Below are positions 40,801-47,935 of a DNA stretch of 64,000 nucleotides, one piece after another. The position numbers and the translations under genes were made by a program. Each line of letters opens with the position of its first letter. The stretch's first letter is position 1. Below the pieces are notes generated by a model. The model was not told the origin of the DNA. It was given only the letters and a program-made list of their open reading frames with translations, and searched no databases. Origin of the DNA: Phyllosticta citribraziliensis (lineage: Eukaryota); contig NW_027117338.1 of the NCBI RefSeq assembly GCF_038025025.1, positions 2,294,001 through 2,358,000 of the forward strand, given 5' to 3'.

Positions 40801-43800
40801 GCTCTGACCTAGAATCCCCCTTGGTAACGTCTTTACGCTGTTTGTCGGCTTCTCCTGTCGCCTCGACCCGTGGATTGGCTTCCTGGCCCGTGCCTTTGTT
40901 CCCAAAGTGCATGGAAGACCTGTGCATCTTGTCTGATGGCTCCTTTCCAGTCTCCTTGTTGGGTTTAACGGTCTCTGTCGATGAATCTGATGACCTCGAC
41001 GATCCTGATGAGCTTGTGCGTTTCAAAACGCCCCTTCTCGGGCTACTCGTCGTCGATGACGGACTTATTGGCTGGCTCGGATCGCGAACCTCTTCTGGCG
41101 GCTCGTCGAACAAAAATTCGCGGTGTTCTGTTTCGGCGCGGAACGAAACTCTTTGGCCAGCTCCAGCAGGCTGAGGATTCGTTACGATGGGGGTCAATGG
41201 GGTAAGCGGCGGTCCACTTCGAAGAGTAGGATCACGCAGACGTCGAGATGGACTCGGAAAGTTGATGTCACTTTTACTGCGGCGCCGACTGCCTGCTTCG
41301 ACGAGAGTATCAGAGCTTGATGCACTGTACGTGGGCGGAAGGTCGTCGTTTGGATTGCAGTCTCGAGGACTGTCGCTCAAGCTGGTCGATGAGCTTCGTC
41401 GCAGAGGTAAAGATGGACTTGGAGGACCTGTGAGTGCGGAGGAAATAGAAGAAGCGGGCGTTGCAGCTTGTTGAACAGCAGATTCTTGCTGTGGCGAAGG
41501 CTGCGGGCCACCAGTGTCATCCAGATTCGGAGTGGTGTCTTCAGCATCAAAATCGCCGTCCAAGGGCGCGTCCAGCGCATCTTGTACTGAGACGGACTCC
41601 TCTGTTGAGCTAGCCCTTCTCTCGCTCGAAGACCGTTGAGTGGTAGTACCGGGAGCGCCGTCCAACGGTGCGGGTGAGTTTGCGGTAACGGTCCTTGATA
41701 GCGCACCATCGTCACCCCTTGACTGACGTGTGTCGTTCCCAACTTCGCCGCCATCGTCACGAGCTGATTGTCCCGTGAAAGAAAAGACATTGAGCCGGTT
41801 GTTGTCAGCCTTCTTCCTGTTCCACACCGCATTCTTGCCCAGCAAGTACCGGAGAAACTCCTCGTTGGTTGCGTGAGGCAAACACTTGACGCACAGTTTG
41901 TGGCCACGACAGCACTTCACTCGACCGCGAGATGAGTCAACCATTGGCCGTTTTGATCGTAGGAGCGAGACCTCATTCGTCAATCCGGCTCCGTTGCCAA
42001 ACGTCGAAAACGACCCCTTCGAGCGCCGCTCAAGGAACCATTGAGGCGGCCCATCGTCTTGCTTCTCTGACGGACAGAGCCATCCACTTTCCAGCTTGTT
42101 AGCGCCGCTCGTACTGGATGTATGGCCACTCCCCAAGTCCAGCGATCTTCCCCGCACCGACAGTCTTGGTTCGACCAGTTCTGTCGAAACATCAAAATAG
42201 TCGCGCGGGAAAATTGCCAAATGAAGTTGAAGTTGACCACGACTAGAGGCGCCTCCGCGTCCGCTCCCACTGGGTTGAGAGGAACCAGCATTGCCGGGTC
42301 CACTCGGTGGCTGACTGCGTCTGCTACGGTGAGAAGGACCAGGACTAGGTGGAAGTGGACTCCGACCACTAGGATTTTCAGGTACACTCCGTTGTCGATC
42401 ACGTGCTGGCTGAGGGTTTGCTGGACCAGGAACGGCGGAACGAGAGGGATTGCCCAGAGAGCCAGCTCTAGAACCAGCGGCAGACGGCGCCCTTACAGAG
42501 CCGGGACGGCTTGTGTGGTGCCTGGCGGGGTATTGAGAACCAGCTGTGGAAGCTCCCGGAGACTGGGCAACAGGTCGTGGGATGCCACTCGGTCTGGAAA
42601 GCCTTGATTGCTGTGAATGTACCGAAGGGGCAGGACCATTGTGACCACTGCTTGGTCCAACAGGTCTGTCAACTGGCTGAGTTCCATCCTGACCACCACT
42701 TGGTCCAACAGGTCTGTCAGTAGGCTGAGCTCCACCCGGACCATCACTCGGTCTAACAGGTTTTTCAGTAGGCTGAGTTCCTCCCTGACCACCACTTGGT
42801 CTAACAGGTCTGCCGACTGGCCGAGTTCCAGGTTGAGCACCGCCTGGCCCACCATTTCGAAAAGCTGGATGATTTCCAATAGTGTCGAAGCCATCCAAAG
42901 TATTTGGATTCGTGGCCCTAGGCGGATCTGACGCAGGGGGAGGTGCTGTCTGAAGCAGCAAACTCGATCTTTCGATATCAGTGTTGGGACGAGGATCTCG
43001 AGGCTGTCGTCTGAGAGCGGTCAAGATCCGTCTTGCCAAATCTCGACCGCTCCGACGTTGTTGGCTGCCGCGTCTTGCTGGACTTGGAGACTTTTGAACG
43101 GCTCCAGAACGATCGTTTCTGTTTTCGCCCCTCAAGCGTTGCACCAATCGCCGGAGCCGAGATGGCCTTTGCCTTGGTACCGCGGGGCTCGGACGGCGGT
43201 GAGCCGTCTCGCGTCTCGATGCCCTGGGTGGGTGGGTGATCGGTGCGTGACTTCTTGGACGATCAGCTCTATCATTCCGCCTCAAATTATCAGGCTCGTC
43301 TCGCGTTCGTCGTTCAGGAGGACGTTCTCTGTCTTGCCTTTCAGGGCGTCCTCTGTTCTGCCTTTCAGGGCGTGGAGTTGGAGTCCGAGGATTCATGAAA
43401 AAACGATTGTCTCTTTCTGGTTGGTTCGGATCCTGTGGAAGCCATGGCCATGGTAGCCCTCCTTGTGGTTGATCTCCCTCATTTCTGGGCCTTGGCCTCG
43501 ACCGAGGCTCGGAAGGGCCTGCACTTTGACGGTATCCATCAGAGTCATGATTACCATCGCCGCCGTGGTTGTTTTCTCGAGCGTACCCGCCTTGTGTGCC
43601 GCGTTCGTAATTTTGGCCGTTGTGGTGATTTATATCGAAGTACCCGCTTTGTTGACCAGACTCATCCTGGTTGCGGCGGTGATCTTGTTCGGTGTAACCG
43701 CCTTGTTGACTACGGTCATTTCGATTCTCGTTACCATCACGAGGCAATCTCCACGAAGCGCCTGCGCTTGTCGAGCTCTGAGATAAGCTATTGGGTTGAG

Positions 43801-45187
43801 GAATCTGAGGCTGGTGCGGAGGCGGATCTCTGTTCTCAGGGGGGCTGCCTGGAGGGGAAACTCTAGCTGCAAGCCGAGCCTGACGCTCCGCCGCGATTCT
43901 CCTCCTCCACGCGGTATCACGCGGCGGTTTGCCCCAGCCCTCTGAAGAGCTCCTGGAGCGTGAAGGGTCGCGAATGTCCGCTCGTAGAGGGAAAATGTGT
44001 GGAGGCCACGGTGTAAAAGTGGACGGTGGTTCTGCTTCCGCTGCTTGCTCTTGAACATCGGCTTGATCGTAATCTTCAAAGTACCCAAGTCCATCGACAA
44101 GCTCTTCTTCTGGCGGAGGTGGTTCAGGTTGTCCAAAATGGAGAGACGGTCTTGGACGGTGCGCTTGTAGAGGATGATTGCTCCGCGATCGGTCCCGAGC
44201 CCACATCTGGCGTGCTTCTGAAGGCGTAATTTCATGCTGCGTGCTGGCTGGCCTCGCTTGACGGCGTGCTTGACCTCGAGTAAGTTCCAAATGTCGATCG
44301 ATCCACGGTCCAGTGGAGTACAAGGGTACGCCTTGACGAACGTAGAGTTGAGTGGTTCCATATGCGTAAAGAGTCTCTTCTCTGCTTGTATGGGCTGGGG
44401 TTCGATCACGATGTCCAACCAAACGGCTCCCGTGGTTCCTTGTCGAACTCCGCACTCCAGACGGGGCGCTGTGTCTGATGCTGTGAAGCCCCGAGCTCGC
44501 TCCAGACCGGTCTTGACGCCTGTTGCCAACCACAGGCGGATGAACGATCAATTCAGACGTCGACCCTGCTCTTGGGCTGTATTGCTGTGGGGTCCTATGG
44601 TTAATTAAAGAGGGTTGGTTAGACGGACCAGCTACCGGGCGGTTTTGACCCTGAGGCCCGTTGCCGGTGGTAGCAGTACGGGGAGCGACGTTGACCCGAC
44701 CAGTTTGTTGGTGTTGTTGCGGAGCAGCGCCGTGGTCAGTCCCAGCTGGTCCAGGAGCAAGATTGGACGGACCAGCTTCTGGTTGGTTTTGATGTTGCCC
44801 GAAGCCAGTATCAGTTTCAACAGCGACAAGGGTGTTTGTGAACAGACCCGTTTCTGGATCGTAACGCGTTTGAAAACTGGGCATCATCACAGGTGGGAGT
44901 TGAGCCATGTTAGCCTGAACAGTTATCGGATGGATTTGCCCACGACCCCAGCCGATCTCAACTGGGCGTTCAACAATGTTGGCCAGACGAGGTCTTGGTC
45001 GAGCAAGATCAGGCGGTCCAATTCTGCGCGTCAATTGCCCCTGTAGCCCCCGGGGAACTTGAGGTGCCGCTGCTGCCGGAACTCCTGCATCCCCATGTCC
45101 CAGGACCCATCGTGCCACACTGGAGGGCTCATTCCCGCGAGGGTAGGATTCGAGCTGCATTCGGCCGAGCGTCATGCCCTGACCCAC
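37466..45187 (-). CDS. Very large, mostly low-complexity/disordered hypothetical protein ORF (2573 codons), in frame with the SIKE-like gene at its 3' end
   Basis: 7.7 kb stop-free frame; P/S/R/G/Q-rich N-terminal half, acidic C-terminal half; internal frame-preserving repeats; no recognisable domain. Confidence 0.7.
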   Translation of the reverse strand: MGQGMTLGRMQLESYPRGNEPSSVARWVLGHGDAGVPAAAAPQVPRGLQGQLTRRIGPPDLARPRPRLANIVERPVEIGWGRGQIHPITVQANMAQLPPVMMPSFQTRYDPETGLFTNTLVAVETDTGFGQHQNQPEAGPSNLAPGPAGTDHGAAPQQHQQTGRVNVAPRTATTGNGPQGQNRPVAGPSNQPSLINHRTPQQYSPRAGSTSELIVHPPVVGNRRQDRSGASSGLHSIRHSAPSGVRSSTRNHGSRLVGHRDRTPAHTSREETLYAYGTTQLYVRQGVPLYSTGPWIDRHLELTRGQARRQARPASTQHEITPSEARQMWARDRSRSNHPLQAHRPRPSLHFGQPEPPPPEEELVDGLGYFEDYDQADVQEQAAEAEPPSTFTPWPPHIFPLRADIRDPSRSRSSSEGWGKPPRDTAWRRRIAAERQARLAARVSPPGSPPENRDPPPHQPQIPQPNSLSQSSTSAGASWRLPRDGNENRNDRSQQGGYTEQDHRRNQDESGQQSGYFDINHHNGQNYERGTQGGYARENNHGGDGNHDSDGYRQSAGPSEPRSRPRPRNEGDQPQGGLPWPWLPQDPNQPERDNRFFMNPRTPTPRPERQNRGRPERQDRERPPERRTRDEPDNLRRNDRADRPRSHAPITHPPRASRRETAHRRPSPAVPRQRPSRLRRLVQRLRGENRNDRSGAVQKSPSPARRGSQQRRSGRDLARRILTALRRQPRDPRPNTDIERSSLLLQTAPPPASDPPRATNPNTLDGFDTIGNHPAFRNGGPGGAQPGTRPVGRPVRPSGGQGGTQPTEKPVRPSDGPGGAQPTDRPVGPSGGQDGTQPVDRPVGPSSGHNGPAPSVHSQQSRLSRPSGIPRPVAQSPGASTAGSQYPARHHTSRPGSVRAPSAAGSRAGSLGNPSRSAVPGPANPQPARDRQRSVPENPSGRSPLPPSPGPSHRSRRSQPPSGPGNAGSSQPSGSGRGGASSRGQLQLHLAIFPRDYFDVSTELVEPRLSVRGRSLDLGSGHTSSTSGANKLESGWLCPSEKQDDGPPQWFLERRSKGSFSTFGNGAGLTNEVSLLRSKRPMVDSSRGRVKCCRGHKLCVKCLPHATNEEFLRYLLGKNAVWNRKKADNNRLNVFSFTGQSARDDGGEVGNDTRQSRGDDGALSRTVTANSPAPLDGAPGTTTQRSSSERRASSTEESVSVQDALDAPLDGDFDAEDTTPNLDDTGGPQPSPQQESAVQQAATPASSISSALTGPPSPSLPLRRSSSTSLSDSPRDCNPNDDLPPTYSASSSDTLVEAGSRRRSKSDINFPSPSRRLRDPTLRSGPPLTPLTPIVTNPQPAGAGQRVSFRAETEHREFLFDEPPEEVRDPSQPISPSSTTSSPRRGVLKRTSSSGSSRSSDSSTETVKPNKETGKEPSDKMHRSSMHFGNKGTGQEANPRVEATGEADKQRKDVTKGDSRSEQLHSPPSLPPRNSVSGIGSSSAEGLEFDDKECEMLDELFFTAIRRAEIVRFLSDDEVETPDRAQSEDELWLDAITRTELAGYLDSSDEEDPDRPESEDERAEREAARDSALRMMQKSSAFLREEEVEGSDTELNERLFGARRAKTALNVGGTTQTDEANRKWRQTTGQSEDSNEDYTSASSSPNSDPGDAKLPSFPSGSRPSRESAANPFDDAFSEDSDEPFPTPEASDHGSASGDERPAFPDQTAIPDPDSALLQRKDYWGTGKPQDGDDDPEELYTTPEQEEARRKERMERDTVTQDADTSNWKQDNWGLGMDGANDEDEELPTTLEDEAHRRALREARDGKRRATVEDDIAADASQDSSTSADPLSTTAAEPAVGTTATSTESSHVVDQQILPGTTIVKGPVTASEATSTAGSTSTTPFDFGFDEKSDDGFAPVYAAEERSPRHLGLWSTDIPSESKLKQLRAHIQKTAREVGDIPEGVVDFLMRQMRDPWTRSEYQKMTKMRLAEKLRTFRSIPPKPKPIQENFRDNPDLSLHMMRPVMDLTAGTSHPATPDQAQSIAVASRSSGQKESPQVDVDDPDPSPKIADWMLDWSIHRLKDRVWTRRAERFTAATERDHNQEQATMAKGGDGVKSTGKGGEPAREMRKTEGRKSRGIIEWVAKSIAAREEKERKKSQGDTVSPRSSVPDSGLPPLPPELRMTPIKTPAGKPALFSDPFRKKSGQSEGASKSTDQGDGTGESDGEAHAGSSDDATSDRSVLTAFRVGDDDAASDTSVQTAFRVGLTGSILDPRPDFPRSDSPDVQYVEDVGEPSSSNVEHIEDVSKEEQTQPEVSESAQEVGSAESGQPPAKRDSGPSAEAEGASSSEAEESGKKGTSPSEAERDARAQERPQRAADQRSDPPGRGASPRRSRLRRPRRPTTTSSSSASHSRSERSTTLPSRALPFASHQRDFFLSSDDDLVLRRLTPLLSRAGTQHPPDVDFVNANAVRRIMNQPPHYIDSPNNNVMANSLPRQSPSPGPGHQPNGSGGMPNLVNGLLSGGHQTDMNHLWQVVQQLSDVLAENRSQTANIMNSVQQIQACAEPEQSSVQDSNDSSDRLAPPKMDPHPPSPK
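38454..38552 (-). repeat. Two-copy 51-nt coding repeat (DxxSDxSVxTAFRVG)
   Basis: DDATSDRSVLTAFRVG followed by DDDAASDTSVQTAFRVG. Confidence 0.75.
42643..42832 (-). repeat. About four copies of a 48-nt (16-aa) coding tandem repeat, GGQDGTQPxDRPVGPS-type
   Basis: cttggtccaacaggtctgtc...gaccacca unit recurs every 48 nt. Confidence 0.85.
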
Positions 45188-45340
45188 TGGTAATGGAGAA
45201 ACGGTCGCCCTACTGTGAGGGTAAAGGGTAGAGATACTTGGACTCGAAGCGTGTCGGCTGCTACAAGCCGGTGCCGAGTTGTTGCTTGTTCCAACCCGAG
45301 TCCAAGGCCGAGCTTCGCTTCCAATGTTTCTGTGTGGTTG

Positions 45341-46618
45341 CTAGCCACGTTCTGGTATGTCCGCCAAACTGCCAAGCCTTCGGGGGATACCTTGCCAGCC
45401 AAGAGTAGGAAGACCCGTCATGGGATAGACAAATTCGGGGACGTTTGAGGTTTGTGGAACCAAGATGGGGTCGAAATCGGGGAACGGGACTCTGCCTGGC
45501 TCCGGTTCTGAGGCTGTTCGTCTACGCGTTCGCACAGGGCGCGCATGTTGTCGAACAGAGCGAAGGAATACGGAATACACGTTTGTCGGGTCATGGAAGT
45601 ACATTGGCCCAATTTTTTCGAGCGGATCTTTGACTTCCTGTGCCTCTTTGACTGCCTTGCCAGAAGTTTTAATGTCCAGCGAAGTTCTTCTGGAACGAAT
45701 CCAAGGCAAATCGTAGACAGGGGTGTCGTGGCGATCATCAATTGCTGGAGAATTGGGAGATCGATCACATTTGGGAGAAAGACTTCGGGTTCCATATGGA
45801 GCAGGCACTGGAGAGCCAGCACTGTTTACCTCTGGGCCAGCAGTCCAGTAAGCATCATCGTGTCTGTCGGCTGGAATATACTCATAAAGGTAGATCCGAT
45901 TTCCGTGGCCGTCTCTCTGTCCTATTTCGTCGAGGTTGAGAAATAGTCGTCCGCAACGAGGGTGAAAGAAAGAGCTGTAGCGAGGGTGCCTATCAGGGGT
46001 GGCGAGATCTCGCAGATTGTCTCCCAGCATCGGGATCGAGTCATCGGAATGACCGGCCGGTAAGTTGGGGTAAAGTGGATTATATTTGGGCGCGTCGGCG
46101 GTATCCTGAGAATCCTCGAAATCGTAAGGTCTTTGGCCACCAATGCCTGCTGGAAATACGGTGAGATTTTCCGGGCGAGAAGGATTCGTCAAGGCCAGAA
46201 GCTCCGAAGTCCTGTCCTGGGCCGCAGGAGCCTTGCCATCCAACAGATCAAGCAGTCTCTGCAGCAAACCTGGAAGTGGTTTCTTGGAAGGGTTTTCGCT
46301 GGATCCACTGCTAGATCGAAAGACGTGAGTCTTTTTCAAAGGAGGGTTTGAGTGGCTGGGTGCCGTGCGGACGGGCCGTCTGGGTCTTGTACAAGCCGGG
46401 TGTTGGAAAGAGGTGAGTGAGTGCGCATCGAAGCCGGCCTCAATTTCTCGTGCGCCAGGCGTGAAAGCCGGAGGAGACGCTCGAGACCTGGAAACGTGGC
46501 AACCAGCGTGCTGCCCTGTTGCGGTCTCTCGGCGACGGCTTCTCACAGACGAGACAAGAGTGCGACGGTAGTAAGGACCGCAGGGGTCTTGAGAACACCG
46601 CCTGCGTGGCCTTGCCAT
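45341..46618 (-). CDS. Hypothetical protein ORF (first ATG 46618), in frame with the downstream 2573-codon ORF and separated from it by one TAG
   Basis: 448-codon ORF in the track. The spacing from 45343 to 45187 is 156 nt and the intervening codons contain no stop. Confidence 0.55.
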   Translation of the reverse strand: MARPRRRCSQDPCGPYYRRTLVSSVRSRRRETATGQHAGCHVSRSRASPPAFTPGAREIEAGFDAHSLTSFQHPACTRPRRPVRTAPSHSNPPLKKTHVFRSSSGSSENPSKKPLPGLLQRLLDLLDGKAPAAQDRTSELLALTNPSRPENLTVFPAGIGGQRPYDFEDSQDTADAPKYNPLYPNLPAGHSDDSIPMLGDNLRDLATPDRHPRYSSFFHPRCGRLFLNLDEIGQRDGHGNRIYLYEYIPADRHDDAYWTAGPEVNSAGSPVPAPYGTRSLSPKCDRSPNSPAIDDRHDTPVYDLPWIRSRRTSLDIKTSGKAVKEAQEVKDPLEKIGPMYFHDPTNVYSVFLRSVRQHARPVRTRRRTASEPEPGRVPFPDFDPILVPQTSNVPEFVYPMTGLPTLGWQGIPRRLGSLADIPERG

Positions 46619-47374
46619 TGCGGAGGTGCGTCGAGCCTGGTGGTTCTGAAGATGAAAGGGCTCGACCAAAGAGCGTCGTGTTGACAAGGTGGATGAGAAT
46701 TAAAGTGGAAGTGGTGGTGATGATGGTGGAATGAATATGTAAGCTTGCTTGCTTGTTGTTGATTTCCAGGTGAGTGAAATGGTAAGACTGCCTGGGAGAG
46801 TGGAGATGTTATTCGTCGTAAACGATGACAATGTTGGGTATAATGCGATGAGGGATCGTGGATCTGAGATCGATCTGGGACTGGAACTCCACGCGATGAA
46901 CCGCTGGGAGGCGCGGAGCTCCCTCCTGGCCGAGCGACATCGTCGCTTCCTGATGTTGTAGCGTTTTCCGTGGCGACGGCGTGATGTTGGCAGGCTTTGA
47001 AGAAGGACACGTCGGACAGATCATGAGTTCCACGGTGGTTTCCTTGCAAGATTTCCAACAAGCAGAGATGCAAGGAAGGAAGAAATTCGTACGCAAGATG
47101 CACCTGGACATGGAGCCAACCAGTACCGAAAGTCGGGGTTCTCTGCAGCAGGATTGTGCTTGAGGGAGCCGTGGCGCAAAGCGCGTTCGAGGCCAAACTT
47201 TGACTCTTGTCGGAAGTGCAGGTGAAATGTGCTGTGGCGGCGACATGGTGCACGCCGTGGTAGTAGCAGTGGTAAACAGGCAGACGACATCACCCACCAA
47301 CCACCAGGCGCCAGAACCACCAAACCTCTGCAAGTTAAAGTCTCCACAATTCGCCTTCCTTCCATCAACAAAAA

Positions 47375-47531
47375 TCCATTGTGGTGTAATGGTAACACAA
47401 CAGACTACGAAAGCCGGTCGTGGAAGCTGGCACTATCAGGGGAGAAATGGCGCTTGTCGCCTATCCTGCTGGCCGCCGAAGCGGTAGGCGGTAAATGTCT
47501 GGAGACCTGAGTTCAATCCTCGGCAATGGAA
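47375..47531 (+). tRNA. tRNA-Arg(ACG) with ~86-nt intron (47411-47496)
   Basis: Acceptor stem TCCATTG/CAATGGA; D arm GTGT-AATGGTA-ACAC; anticodon loop CT-ACG-A; 3' stem TCTGG; T arm CTGAG-TTCAATC-CTCGG; downstream TTTT terminator. Confidence 0.75.
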
Positions 47532-47935
47532 TACCTTTTGCGTTGGTGGGCGTCTTGTCCTTTTTGTTTGCTGCTGGGTGAGTGTTTATTTTGGTTGTTT
47601 CGTGGCTTGTGGTGGAAGGAGAGGAGCTGCGTTGGGCGTGAGGCCCCTCTCCGCCCCTGTGGATGTTTCTGTAAAGCGGCCTTACTTGGAGAGTCAAGTT
47701 GTCAGTCACCTCGCCCCGCGAGAAAACATTTCTTCTAACAAAGCCAATAATGAGGGAGGTAGACAAAGGGTGGAGCAAACTCCGGTCATGACAAACAAAG
47801 AATTTCCTTGACGTGTAGGTACTTGTGAATCGAAATCTGGTATCGCCGCCCCAAACAAAGCTTTCGCCCGTTCAAAATCATAAATGCCGCCCAGTCTAAA
47901 CAATCAAATGTAATGACAAGAAATAACCAAATCTC

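Noticed and set aside
46543..47333. Overlapping minus-strand ORFs upstream of the giant frame as extra 5' exons
   Set aside because: There is an in-frame TAA near 46700 and no convincing splice path; cannot be supported without transcript data.
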